This document shows positions 36,803 through 46,651 of a DNA stretch of 64,000 nucleotides, one piece after another (positions within the stretch are counted from its first letter, which is position 1; each line of letters begins with the position of its first letter). The translations under genes were made by a program, and so were the position numbers. This DNA comes from Escherichia phage EP01. A model generated the notes under the pieces. It was given only the letters and a program-made list of their open reading frames with translations, ran no database searches and was not told the origin of the DNA. Location of the stretch: sequence record OM135583.1, one strand, 5' to 3'.

Positions 36803-37470
36803 TAGTTAAAATTCATTTTTCGACCTTTAAACCATCCTTCTGGAATTGGGTCAGTTTTCTTAATACGTTTAGAAACTTTTTCATCTAATGAATGAATCCA
36901 CATCATACCAAATTGGGAATTCTTTTCACCTTGTTGGTGTTTATTTCTGGCGTGAGATTCTTTCATTTTATTAATAGTTTCAGGAGTATGGGTCTTACCC
37001 AAGAAAGATTTAGTATTTAAAAATTTCTCTCTATACTTAGGATTATCCCAAAGCTGTTTAAACCTTTCTGAACCCATTTTACGGTATTTTTCTTTAAGGT
37101 CTGGGTCGTTCTCAAATCTGATTTTAAAAGCGGCAGCTCCTTTTAAGGAAGCTTCTTTCTTTTTATCCAAATATTCTTTAGTGTTTAAATGGCCCCAACC
37201 ACCTTCACCACCTAATTTCAAATTATAAACATCAGGGCGCTTTAAAAACTCTTCAGTCACAATATTCTTTTCTGACTCAAACATAGAGGTTTTATCGTCA
37301 AAGAACTCTAATATTTCTTTAGAAAAATTTTCTATACCATACTTGTCTTGGGCTCTTTTTAATAATTTACCAGAACCCATATATCCATCATCTAAATTTT
37401 CGGTAGAATGAGCGCCTATATAGATTTTATTATTAATTTTATTTGTTATTTTATAAATGTAATGGAACAT
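36793..37470 (-). CDS. segB: GIY-YIG homing endonuclease (SegB-like) inside tRNA cluster
   Basis: 225 aa; N-terminal YIYKITNKINNKIYIGAHS GIY-YIG motif; located between tRNA-Ile and tRNA-Arg. Confidence 0.85.
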   Translation of the reverse strand: MFHYIYKITNKINNKIYIGAHSTENLDDGYMGSGKLLKRAQDKYGIENFSKEILEFFDDKTSMFESEKNIVTEEFLKRPDVYNLKLGGEGGWGHLNTKEYLDKKKEASLKGAAAFKIRFENDPDLKEKYRKMGSERFKQLWDNPKYREKFLNTKSFLGKTHTPETINKMKESHARNKHQQGEKNSQFGMMWIHSLDEKVSKRIKKTDPIPEGWFKGRKMNFNYEA

Positions 37471-37511
37471 AAATATCTCCTATTTCTAAGAGTATTTATG
37501 CTCCCAAAATA

Positions 37512-37583
37512 TGGCCCTGGGTGGAATTGAACCACCATCTGGCGATTATGAGTCGCTTGCTTGAACCTTCCAGCTACAGGGCC
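37512..37583 (-). tRNA. tRNA with CAU anticodon (T4 tRNA-Ile-like; Met not excluded)
   Basis: Hand-folded: acceptor GGCCCTG/CAGGGCC, anticodon loop CTCATAA, T-arm GGTGGTTCAATTCCACC. Confidence 0.75.
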
Positions 37584-37589
37584 TTGATA

Positions 37590-37662
37590 TGCTGATTGAC
37601 GGAATCGAACCGCCGACGTCCTCATTACAAGTGAGTTGCTCTACCTACTGAGCTAAATCAGC
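37590..37662 (-). tRNA. tRNA-Thr (UGU)
   Basis: Acceptor GCTGATT/AATCAGC, anticodon loop CTTGTAA, T-loop GGTTCGATTCC. Confidence 0.8.
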
Positions 37663-37669
37663 GAAATTA

Positions 37670-37756
37670 CGGAGGCGATAGGATTTGAACCTATGAGTCG
37701 CCGGAGCGACTGCCGGTTTTCAAGACCGGTGCATTAAACCACTCTGCCACGCCTCC
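37670..37756 (-). tRNA. tRNA-Ser (UGA), long variable arm
   Basis: Acceptor GGAGGCG/CGCCTCC, anticodon loop CTTGAAA, long variable arm, T-loop GGTTCAAATCC. Confidence 0.8.
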
Positions 37757-37758
37757 AG

Positions 37759-37832
37759 TCTCCGCGGCAGGATTTGAACCTGCGACATTCTGCTCCCAAA
37801 GCAGACGCTCTACCAAACTGAGCTACACGGAG
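37759..37832 (-). tRNA. tRNA-Pro (UGG)
   Basis: Acceptor CTCCGTG/CGCGGAG, anticodon loop TTTGGGA, T-loop GGTTCAAATCC. Confidence 0.8.
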
Positions 37833-37844
37833 TAAATTAAATTT

Positions 37845-37916
<72 letters not shown>

Positions 37917-37922
37917 AAACTT

Positions 37923-38009
37923 TGGTACGAGAAGTGGGACTCGAACCCACAAGGAAATCATTCCGCAGCATTTTAAGTGCTGTGCCTTTACCAATTTGAC
38001 CATTCTCGC
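37923..38009 (-). tRNA. tRNA-Leu (UAA), long variable arm, CCA encoded
   Basis: Acceptor GCGAGAA/TTCTCGT, anticodon loop CTTAAAA, T-loop GGTTCGAGTCC, ACCA 3' end. Confidence 0.8.
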
Positions 38010-38010
38010 G

Positions 38011-38083
38011 CTGGGAATAAAGGACTCGAACCTTTGCATCCTGGAATCAAAATCCAGTGCCTTACCAACTTGGCTAATTCCCA
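38011..38083 (-). tRNA. tRNA-Gln (UUG)
   Basis: Acceptor TGGGAAT/ATTCCCA, anticodon loop TTTTGAT, T-loop GGTTCGAGTCC; tRNA order Gln-Leu-Gly-Pro-Ser-Thr-Ile...Arg matches T4. Confidence 0.8.
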
Positions 38084-38180
38084 ATTATTAACAAAGGCTC
38101 TCAGGAAAGAACCCTTGATGATAGAGGGTATTAATCAATGCGATATGAGTTAATAATAACAAATAATTCTTAAAGCATAT

Positions 38181-38468
38181 TTACCATTTATGATAATACA
38201 TATTTACGATACATTCAAGACCCAAAGGATTCTTGAAAATATCATATTCAAGAGGACCTTTTTCTGTTTCAATAAAGAAATCAAAATTTACTGTATTAAA
38301 TTTACGGTCTTCCTTCACTAATTTAACTTGAGAAGATGAACGGTCAATGTAAACCTTTTCAACTTCAAAACATGTTAAAATGCCATAATCATCAATCAAG
38401 GCTTTAGCCGCATCTTGATCATATTTATATCCATTTTCAATGGATGATACTTTAGCGTAAAGAATCAT
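38181..38468 (-). CDS. Hypothetical protein
   Basis: 95-aa ORF. Confidence 0.55.
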   Translation of the reverse strand: MILYAKVSSIENGYKYDQDAAKALIDDYGILTCFEVEKVYIDRSSSQVKLVKEDRKFNTVNFDFFIETEKGPLEYDIFKNPLGLECIVNMYYHKW

Positions 38469-38470
38469 TA

Positions 38471-38653
38471 TTAACCTTTAGAAATTTTATCCATAACAAT
38501 AGCGATTAAACCAATTAAAAATGCTACTACAAGTGAAAAAACATTTTCTGCTGTAGTCAATAATCCGCATATAAATCCAACAAACATTGAAAAACTAAAA
38601 GCGGAAGCAGAAATTGCAATAGCAACATTTCGAATTAATTCACAACGTTTCAT
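38471..38653 (-). CDS. Small membrane protein
   Basis: 60 aa, largely hydrophobic; cassette promoter upstream. Confidence 0.55.
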   Translation of the reverse strand: MKRCELIRNVAIAISASAFSFSMFVGFICGLLTTAENVFSLVVAFLIGLIAIVMDKISKG

Positions 38654-38680
38654 TTTATTCTCCTCAGTAGTTGATAGGGT

Positions 38681-38712
38681 AATAGTATCACACTACTACC
38701 CAGAAGTAAACA
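38681..38712 (-). promoter_or_regulatory. Early promoter, internal-protein cassette
   Basis: GTTTAC (38711-38706), 18 bp, TACTAT (38687-38682), conserved UTR ...CAACTACTGAGGAGAATAAAATG. Confidence 0.6.
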
Positions 38713-38714
38713 AC

Positions 38715-38939
38715 TTATTCCGCTCCAGCAGCTTTCAAAAGCTTTTTAAGATTAGCAGTGCCACGAGCAGAAAACGTGACTTTACCATCCTTTTCACTAA
38801 TAGAGCCAGTTAACTTAGAAAGTTTATCGCTAGGAATTTTTTTAAAATCACTTAATGTACCATCAAAAGTTTTCGTAACAATTGGTAGTTCATCTTCATG
38901 TCTTTTAGCTTCAGCGATAAATTTTTGATAAGTTTTCAT
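38715..38939 (-). CDS. Internal-protein-like gene with capsid-targeting sequence (cassette 1)
   Basis: 74 aa; MKTYQKFIAEA N-terminus; own promoter cassette. Confidence 0.7.
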   Translation of the reverse strand: MKTYQKFIAEAKRHEDELPIVTKTFDGTLSDFKKIPSDKLSKLTGSISEKDGKVTFSARGTANLKKLLKAAGAE

Positions 38940-38966
38940 TTTATTCTCCTCAGTAGTTGATAGGGT

Positions 38967-38998
38967 AATAATATCACTACCCTATCTAAAAGTAAACG
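38967..38998 (-). promoter_or_regulatory. Early promoter, internal-protein cassette
   Basis: GTTTAC (38997-38992), 18 bp, TATTAT (38973-38968). Confidence 0.6.
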
Positions 38999-39007
38999 GT
39001 TTATAAA

Positions 39008-39316
39008 CTATTTTATTCCGCGTGATGCAATTGTGTTCTGCCGTTTAGCACCAGTTTGTTTAAAGTCATGATTGTCGATTTGATCGGTACGAGCAACTCC
39101 GAATGATGATTTGATTTTAGCTTTAGATCCTTTAGTTATAGAAATAAACATCTCGGAAGCCCCTTTCTTAAAGTCCGAGGCGATTACTTCAACGCCGTTC
39201 TTAGCAAGTGACCTCAGAATTGCTTCCGCATACTCATCATCAAGACCCGCTTGAGTATAAATAATGAATGTCTTTGGTGCAGCCGCTTCATTGATAAATT
39301 CTTGGTAAGTTTTCAT
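39008..39316 (-). CDS. Internal-protein-like gene with capsid-targeting sequence (cassette 2)
   Basis: 102 aa; MKTYQEFINEAA N-terminus. Confidence 0.7.
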   Translation of the reverse strand: MKTYQEFINEAAAPKTFIIYTQAGLDDEYAEAILRSLAKNGVEVIASDFKKGASEMFISITKGSKAKIKSSFGVARTDQIDNHDFKQTGAKRQNTIASRGIK

Positions 39317-39345
39317 TTTATTTTCCTAATTAATTTTGATAAGGT

Positions 39346-39377
39346 AATAGTACCACAACCCTATTTAAAAGTAAACT
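39346..39377 (-). promoter_or_regulatory. Early promoter, internal-protein cassette
   Basis: GTTTAC (39376-39371), 18 bp, TACTAT (39352-39347). Confidence 0.6.
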
Positions 39378-39649
39378 CATTTTAAATAAATTGCGTATTT
39401 TTTATAACCCGCTGACTCATGACGAAGACCCTTATCATTAGCAAAACGCTCAATGTTGTTAATTTGATTCTGGTCAAGTTCAGAGATGTCAAACACGAAA
39501 TAGTTACGTTTGTTACCAACTGTTACATAGTCAGTTAAATCAATACCATATAGGTAATTGATGTTATCAATCATAGTCTTGACAGCTTTGCTAATTTTTA
39601 CTTTTTCGTTAAAAGTAGCTTCATTGATAAATTCTTTAAATGTTTTCAT
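39377..39649 (-). CDS. Internal-protein-like gene with capsid-targeting sequence (cassette 3)
   Basis: 90 aa; MKTFKEFINEAT N-terminus. Confidence 0.7.
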   Translation of the reverse strand: MKTFKEFINEATFNEKVKISKAVKTMIDNINYLYGIDLTDYVTVGNKRNYFVFDISELDQNQINNIERFANDKGLRHESAGYKKYAIYLK

Positions 39650-39676
39650 TTTATTCTCCTCAGTAGTTGATAGGGT

Positions 39677-39708
39677 AATAGTATCACAACTAAAACCCTA
39701 TGTAAACA
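39677..39708 (-). promoter_or_regulatory. Early promoter, internal-protein cassette
   Basis: GTTTAC (39707-39702), 18 bp, TACTAT (39683-39678). Confidence 0.6.
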
Positions 39709-39725
39709 ACTTTGTGAAATATTTA

Positions 39726-40013
39726 TTACAAAAGATTTTTAGCAATAATCTTGAGATGTGCCGCAGAAATGTGTTTAGCTTTAAACAACGCAGTTTCTTC
39801 AGCAGGAGAGATAATGATTGTAGCACCATCCTTTTTAGCAGACCACCCATCACCTAGGTAAACAGTACCTTTGATTTCTTCGCCATCAACCAAACTAATC
39901 ATTGGTTTACCTTCTCGTCCTTTATTTGCTTTAATAACTTCAGAAGTAAGAGTAGCTTCAGTAATAGTAGAAACCGGGATAGTTGTAGAAGTAAATTCTT
40001 TGAAAGTTTTCAT
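39726..40013 (-). CDS. Internal-protein-like gene with capsid-targeting sequence (cassette 4; ipI position)
   Basis: 95 aa (T4 IPI precursor length), MKTFKEFTSTT N-terminus, adjacent to 57B as ipI is in T4; sequence identity with T4 IPI not verified. Confidence 0.65.
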   Translation of the reverse strand: MKTFKEFTSTTIPVSTITEATLTSEVIKANKGREGKPMISLVDGEEIKGTVYLGDGWSAKKDGATIIISPAEETALFKAKHISAAHLKIIAKNLL

Positions 40014-40042
40014 TTTATTTTCCTAATTAATTTTGATGAGAT

Positions 40043-40074
40043 AATAGTATCACTACCTCATCAGCGTGTAAACA
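40043..40074 (-). promoter_or_regulatory. Early promoter, internal-protein cassette (ipI position)
   Basis: GTTTAC (40073-40068), 18 bp, TACTAT (40049-40044). Confidence 0.6.
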
Positions 40075-40085
40075 ACTTTGTGAAA

Positions 40086-40782
<697 letters not shown>

Positions 40783-40783
<1 letters not shown>

Positions 40784-41508
40784 TATAGTACCTTTAGTGT
40801 ATTTTTAATTTTAGAAAAAAGTTCTTCAAGAGAACCATCGTTTGTAATTACTAAATCACCATCACGAATTGGCAATCCAGCTTCTGTAATATGAGTATCA
40901 TTGGATTTTTGACCAGGACGAACTACATGAATTACTGTAGCACCCATCGCCCTAGCCGCATCCATTTCATGATCTTGACGAGTATCAGGAACGATATAAT
41001 AATCATAACCTGAGTTAAATTTATCAAGATAATCTAAAGCAAATAATTTTACCCAATACATGCGGTCGAAGTTATTAACAATCAAATCCGTACCTAGGGC
41101 TTGCATCAGACGACGGACTGACCATTGATCTTCAATATTATTTATAACGTCAGCAATCTTGTTAAATGCTACGAAAGTAACTGATTCCTTTCCTTCGTCA
41201 TCAAAAACAAACACACCTTTAATTGGGATTTTACTATTAAGATAGCAAAATGCTTGTTCCATAATCGTAATTACTTCTAATTTAGTCAGATTTAAATTAG
41301 TCTCACGATCATAGTCAATTCCTTCAAACTCTTTACGAGTTAAGCAAGGATAGTCAGTGTTTGCTGCAAATACGCCCCATGCATAAGCCAATGCATCCTT
41401 AATAGGACCAGCAAGTTGATATTTAACTGCAGAATAATTATTCATGATAAAATCTGCGGTAGTATCTTTTCCACTACGCTTTACACCACTTAAAAAGATT
41501 AGTTTCAT
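40783..41508 (-). CDS. 1: dNMP kinase gp1
   Basis: 241 aa (T4 gp1 length); P-loop GVKRSGKDT. Confidence 0.93.
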
Positions 41509-41557
41509 ATGTTTCTCCTCAAATTTAGTTAAGATTATAACACATGAAACTGAAGCA

Positions 41558-42088
41558 TTAAACTTCTGCTATAATTTTACCATCTTTTTCTACTTGAAAA
41601 TACGTATAAGGAATCGTTGCTGTACATACTAAAGCTGGGTCTGAATCTTCCGTGTAGCTAAATTCTACTTCAGACAGGTCAGAAACCCAAGGCTTATAAA
41701 AATTTATTGACATCACGATTTCAGTTTTACTATTATCTAAAATGTAAAGCGTAATGTATTCAGGACCTGTTTTTTGGGCAGTATTTTCACCCGTAAGATA
41801 GTTACTAGTTCCTAGCATCCATTCATACATTCCTATCCACGACTTAAGCTCTTCATCAACTATAAATCTCACAATGAGTGGGTCGTACTCAAATGTAACT
41901 CCTGGACGTTGCGCTCTGCCTAGTCCAAACGGCCCAGTCACGGTATCAGTAACAGGTATTCTAATTCCTGGAATAGGAACTGACTGAGCATTTAAAGTAA
42001 AAGCAGATGTAGTATTACTATGTGGTATTGATACTACAAAGTTAGTTGTATTTGCTTGGTTAAAAATTTGTTGTAGTGCTTGCGACAT
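41558..42088 (-). CDS. 3: Tail completion and sheath stabiliser gp3
   Basis: Internal Met (MSQALQQ) gives 176 aa as in T4 gp3; longer track ORF probably overextended. Confidence 0.8.
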   Translation of the reverse strand: MSQALQQIFNQANTTNFVVSIPHSNTTSAFTLNAQSVPIPGIRIPVTDTVTGPFGLGRAQRPGVTFEYDPLIVRFIVDEELKSWIGMYEWMLGTSNYLTGENTAQKTGPEYITLYILDNSKTEIVMSINFYKPWVSDLSEVEFSYTEDSDPALVCTATIPYTYFQVEKDGKIIAEV

Positions 42089-42194
42089 ATATTCCTCATA
42101 ATGCTTTATAAATGTTGGTGGTATAATGGGTCTAAGTCCCTTCCATTCAATTCCAATTAGAACAAACAATAGAAAAGAATGGAAGATAATAGAA

Positions 42195-43019
42195 TTAGAT
42201 ATTTGACCAGACTTTGTTTACAGAGAAACGTTTTCCTTTTGAAACGAACTGCTGAAGTGGCATCAACACAACGTTCGCCCAGTCTTTCGGGGCGATTTCA
42301 ACAAGACTACCCATGATATTACCAGGTATATATGCCTTAATCATTTGGTCTGCACCCCTAAATCCTTTCACTTGACTCCAATCAATTTTTAATTTCGTTT
42401 TATTAGTAATAGTAGGTGTATTTGAATATTGCTTTAAAAGCTCTTCTAGAAACTGTTGACGAGCTTTAGGTGGAATATAGTGCAAGTTCAATCCGTACAT
42501 TAAATTATGTTTACCTAAACCAAGGTAAATTATCAAAGGAAATTTATCCCAATAAGGAAGAGTTTCTTTGTGTTTAGCATCGTAAGCAAAAGCATATATT
42601 CGTCCCGGCTGCGGGCGAACAACTTTATGTCCTTTTACTTGCTTAATAGTTTCAGCAAACCACTTTCTGGTTTTATTATTAATTGCTGCACCTTCATTAC
42701 GAATTTTATCACGCAATGTTTGCCTGAATGAATTTATCATAAGCAGTTGTCTTTCTTGCTTATTGAGTTTATTCATTGGTTTTGATTCAAGCTTTTGAAT
42801 CTTTTCAGCCGTTTTAATTCCTGAAGCATATTTTGACATTGCCGAAGTAAACGTAGAGTATTTGATTCCTCTTTCTTCAGCAAATTGCTTTCCTGTCATT
42901 CCTTTTGCTTTGGCCTTTTTGTATTCAAGACCTATCTGAATCCATTTCTTTTCGTTTAATGATTGCTTAACCTTTGGAACTTGGGGAGTGCTTTCATTAA
43001 TTATTTGAAAAATAGCCAT
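42195..43019 (-). CDS. 2: DNA end protector gp2
   Basis: 274 aa (T4 gp2 length); position. Confidence 0.88.
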   Translation of the reverse strand: MAIFQIINESTPQVPKVKQSLNEKKWIQIGLEYKKAKAKGMTGKQFAEERGIKYSTFTSAMSKYASGIKTAEKIQKLESKPMNKLNKQERQLLMINSFRQTLRDKIRNEGAAINNKTRKWFAETIKQVKGHKVVRPQPGRIYAFAYDAKHKETLPYWDKFPLIIYLGLGKHNLMYGLNLHYIPPKARQQFLEELLKQYSNTPTITNKTKLKIDWSQVKGFRGADQMIKAYIPGNIMGSLVEIAPKDWANVVLMPLQQFVSKGKRFSVNKVWSNI

Positions 43020-43471
43020 TATGCCCCCTTAAAGCCAAGAGCTCGTAATCCATCTTCTGTTAAAATTCTAAATTTTATTCCACGCTTTTCAGCTAAAGAT
43101 TGTGCTGCTTTCCATTTGTCAGTATTAACGGAATATGTATAAATTTCATTCATAAATCTTTTCTTCGCTGCAGTTGTTAGATGTGCTGGTTTAACTGGTG
43201 GTTGTGTTTCTTTTTTAGGTTTTATTTCAATAAAAAATTCTTGTCCAGAAGAATCTTTCATCCAAATATCCATGAAGTATCTACGTTTTTTCCCTTCTGC
43301 ATTACAAAAATAAGGAATTACTGCTGTTTCACTACCCCATGCAATAATTTCTGGATTTTTATCTAACCATTCAAAAAAGAATTTTTCCCAATTTGATCTA
43401 TACGTAATTTTTTTAGGGTCACCTCTATATTTTGATATATTTTTAGGAACCCATTTTCCAGAATATGCCAT
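43019..43471 (-). CDS. 4: Head completion protein gp4
   Basis: 150 aa (T4 gp4 length); divergent from gene 53. Confidence 0.88.
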   Translation of the reverse strand: MAYSGKWVPKNISKYRGDPKKITYRSNWEKFFFEWLDKNPEIIAWGSETAVIPYFCNAEGKKRRYFMDIWMKDSSGQEFFIEIKPKKETQPPVKPAHLTTAAKKRFMNEIYTYSVNTDKWKAAQSLAEKRGIKFRILTEDGLRALGFKGA

Positions 43472-43482
43472 TGGATTCTCCT

Positions 43483-43490
43483 TATAAATA
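43483..43490 (+). promoter_or_regulatory. Late promoter (TATAAATA) for gene 53
   Basis: Exact TATAAATA 29 nt upstream of gp53 ATG. Confidence 0.6.
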
Positions 43491-43497
43491 GATAATA

Positions 43498-43505
43498 TAT
43501 TTATA
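43498..43505 (-). promoter_or_regulatory. Late promoter (TATAAATA) for gene 4, divergent from gene 53 promoter
   Basis: Minus-strand TATAAATA 27 nt upstream of gp4 ATG. Confidence 0.5.
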
Positions 43506-43518
43506 AACAGGAGGGCCC

Positions 43519-44109
43519 ATGCTCTTTACATTTTTTGATCCGATTGAATATGCGGCCAAAACGGTGAATAAAAACGCGCCGACTATTCCTATGACAGATA
43601 TTTTTAGAAACTATAAAGACTATTTCAAACGTGCTCTTGCGGGATACCGCTTACGTACTTATTATATTAAAGGTTCACCACGCCCGGAAGAATTAGCAAA
43701 TGCTATATATGGAAATCCACAGTTGTATTGGGTTTTATTGATGTGTAATGATAATTATGATCCGTATTATGGATGGATTACTTCGCAAGAAGCTGCTTAT
43801 CAAGCATCTATACAAAAATACAAAAACGTAGGTGGAGACCAAATAGTATATCACGTGAATGAGAATGGTGAAAAATTTTATAATTTAATATCATACGATG
43901 ATAATCCATATGTTTGGTATGATAAAGGCGATAAAGCTAGAAAATATCCTCAATATGAAGGAGCACTTGCTGCTGTTGATACGTATGAAGCTGCTGTTCT
44001 TGAAAATGAAAAACTTCGTCAAATAAAAATAATAGCAAAATCAGACATCAATTCATTTATGAACGACCTTATACGTATAATGGAGAAATCTTATGGAAAT
44101 GATAAGTAA
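43519..44109 (+). CDS. 53: Baseplate wedge protein gp53
   Basis: 196 aa (T4 gp53 length); late promoter TATAAATA 29 nt upstream. Confidence 0.9.
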   Translation: MLFTFFDPIEYAAKTVNKNAPTIPMTDIFRNYKDYFKRALAGYRLRTYYIKGSPRPEELANAIYGNPQLYWVLLMCNDNYDPYYGWITSQEAAYQASIQKYKNVGGDQIVYHVNENGEKFYNLISYDDNPYVWYDKGDKARKYPQYEGALAAVDTYEAAVLENEKLRQIKIIAKSDINSFMNDLIRIMEKSYGNDK

Positions 44110-45820
44110 TAACCTCAACTGGTTTGTTGGTGTTGTTGAAGATAGAATGGACCCATTAAAATTAGGTCGTGTTCGTGTTCGTGTGGTTGGTCTGCATCCA
44201 CCCCAAAGAGCGCAAGGCGACGTAATGGGTATTCCAACCGATAAATTGCCATGGATGTCAGTTATTCAACCTATAACTTCTGCAGCAATGTCTGGAATTG
44301 GAGGTTCTGTTACAGGGCCAGTAGAAGGAACTAGAGTTTATGGTCATTTTTTAGACAAATGGAAAACTAACGGAATTGTCCTTGGTACTTATGGCGGAAT
44401 AGTTCGCGAAAAACCTAATAGACTTGAAGGATTTTCTGACCCAACTGGACAGTATCCTAGACGTCTAGGAAATGATACTAACGTATTAAACCAAGGCGGA
44501 GAAGTAGGATATGATTCGTCTTCTAATATTATCCAAGATAGTAATCTAGACACTGCGATAAATCCCGATGATAGACCGCTATCAGAGATTCCAACTGATG
44601 ATAATCCAAATATGTCAATGGCTGAAATGCTTCGCCGTGATGAAGGATTAAGACTAAAAGTTTATTGGGATACTGAAGGATATCCGACAATTGGCATTGG
44701 TCATCTTATCATGAAGCAGCCAGTTCGTGATATGGCCCAAATTAATAAAGTTTTATCAAAACAGGTTGGTCGTGAAATTACCGGAAATCCAGGTTCTATT
44801 ACAATGGAAGAAGCGGTAACTTTATTTGAACGTGATTTAGCTGATATGCAACGTGACATTAAATCACATTCTAAAGTTGGCCCAGTTTGGCAAGCAGTTA
44901 ATCGTTCTCGTCAAATGGCATTAGAAAATATGGCATTTCAGATGGGTGTTGGCGGTGTAGCTAAATTTAACACAATGTTAACTGCTATGTTAGCCGGAGA
45001 TTGGGAAAAAGCATATAAAGCTGGTCGTGATTCATTGTGGTATCAACAAACAAAAGGCCGTGCATCCCGTGTTACCATGATTATTCTTACCGGTAATTTG
45101 GAATCATACGGTATTGAAGTGAAAACACCGGCTAGGTCTTTGTCTGCAATGGCTGCTACTGTAGCAAAGTCTTCTGACCCGGCTGACCCTCCTATTCCGA
45201 ATGATTCAAGAATTTTATTCAAAGAACCTGTTTCTTCATATAAAGGTGAATATCCGTATGTTCACACAATGGAAACTGAAAGCGGTCATATTCAGGAATT
45301 TGATGATACCCCTGGGCAAGAACGATACAGATTAGTTCATCCGACTGGAACGTATGAGGAAGTATCACCATCAGGAAGAAGAACAAGAAAAACTGTTGAT
45401 AATTTGTATGATATAACAAATGCTGATGGTAATTTTTTGGTAGCCGGCGATAAAAAGACTAACGTCGGTGGATCAGAAATTTATTACAACATGGATAATC
45501 GTCTTCACCAAATAGATGGAAGCAACACAATATTTGTGCGTGGCGATGAAACTAAGACAGTTGAAGGTAATGGAACTATCCTAGTCAAAGGTAATGTTAC
45601 TATTGTAGTTGAAGGTAATGCTGACATTACAGTTAAAGGAGATGCTACCACTTTAGTTGAAGGAAATCAAACTAACACAGTAAATGGAAACCTTTCTTGG
45701 AAAGTTGCTGGGACAGTTGATTGGGACGTTGGTGGTGATTGGACAGAAAAAATGGCATCTATGAGTTCTATTTCATCTGGTCAATACACAATTGATGGAT
45801 CGAGGATTGACATTGGCTAA
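44093..45820 (+). CDS. 5: Baseplate central spike / tail lysozyme gp5
   Basis: 575 aa; OB-fold N-terminus, internal T4-lysozyme-like domain (MLRRDEGLRLKVYWDTEGYPTIGIGH), C-terminal VEGN beta-helix repeats. Confidence 0.95.
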   Translation: MEMISNNLNWFVGVVEDRMDPLKLGRVRVRVVGLHPPQRAQGDVMGIPTDKLPWMSVIQPITSAAMSGIGGSVTGPVEGTRVYGHFLDKWKTNGIVLGTYGGIVREKPNRLEGFSDPTGQYPRRLGNDTNVLNQGGEVGYDSSSNIIQDSNLDTAINPDDRPLSEIPTDDNPNMSMAEMLRRDEGLRLKVYWDTEGYPTIGIGHLIMKQPVRDMAQINKVLSKQVGREITGNPGSITMEEAVTLFERDLADMQRDIKSHSKVGPVWQAVNRSRQMALENMAFQMGVGGVAKFNTMLTAMLAGDWEKAYKAGRDSLWYQQTKGRASRVTMIILTGNLESYGIEVKTPARSLSAMAATVAKSSDPADPPIPNDSRILFKEPVSSYKGEYPYVHTMETESGHIQEFDDTPGQERYRLVHPTGTYEEVSPSGRRTRKTVDNLYDITNADGNFLVAGDKKTNVGGSEIYYNMDNRLHQIDGSNTIFVRGDETKTVEGNGTILVKGNVTIVVEGNADITVKGDATTLVEGNQTNTVNGNLSWKVAGTVDWDVGGDWTEKMASMSSISSGQYTIDGSRIDIG

Positions 45821-45854
45821 TATACTTCCAATGAGCGCTGATTTAGGAGAATCC

Positions 45855-46349
45855 ATGGAAGGTTCTTCTATCGACGTCACCTTTACCGCTCAGTTAGAAA
45901 CAGGTGAAACGTTAGTATCTATAAATATAACTAGTTACGAAGAAACTCCTGGAGTTTTAGTAGAAGAAAATCGTTTATATGGAACGTATGAATCTGTGTT
46001 TGGATTTGGAAATGACGCATTAAAATATCGTTTAGATGATGAATTTAAAACTGCTGCTTCATGGGAAGACCTTCCAACTGATTCTAATACTCAGTTATAT
46101 TTGTGGAAAGCTCCTCAAAACCTCCAGAAGACATTCACTTACGAAGTAACATTAATATATGACTACCAAGAACAAAGCGAATCTGGAGGTTCTGGCAGTA
46201 ATTCTAGGTCATCTTCTGATACTACTGAACCAACGAATCCTCCAGCTCCAATAAGAAAAACTCTTGTTAAAAATTACACAAAAACTATAGTTGGAAATTG
46301 GAGTCGTTGGGCTAATAAATTGAGAAGCTATGTGTATGAGAGGCCATAA
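45855..46349 (+). CDS. 5.1: gp5.1-like hypothetical protein
   Basis: ATG at 45855 with AGGAGAA SD (track ORF starts 45792 inside gene 5). Confidence 0.6.
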
Positions 46350-46643
46350 ATGTCAGGATTAAGCTATGATAAGTGTGTTACTGCTGGCCATGAAGCGTGG
46401 CCTCCAACAGTTGTGAATGCTACACAAAGTAAAGTATTCACTGGAGGAATTGCTGTTCTCGTAGCAGGTGATCCAATTACAGAACATACAGAAATTAAAA
46501 AGCCATATGAAACACATGGCGGAGTGACACAACCCAGAACTTCTAAGGTATATGTCACTGGAAAGAAAGCTGTTCAAATGGCTGATCCAATATCATGCGG
46601 TGATACTGTGGCTCAGGCATCATCTAAAGTATTCATTAAATAG
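46350..46643 (+). CDS. 5.4: PAAR-repeat spike tip protein gp5.4
   Basis: 97 aa (T4 gp5.4 length). Confidence 0.85.
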
Positions 46644-46651
46644 GATTTAAA

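Noticed and set aside
38655-40085. Regularly spaced ~60 bp repeats that could be mistaken for a CRISPR-like repeat array
   Set aside because: Repeat units are promoter/5'UTR cassettes about 330-370 bp apart, each followed by a protein-coding gene; too long and too widely spaced for CRISPR, and no cas genes are present.
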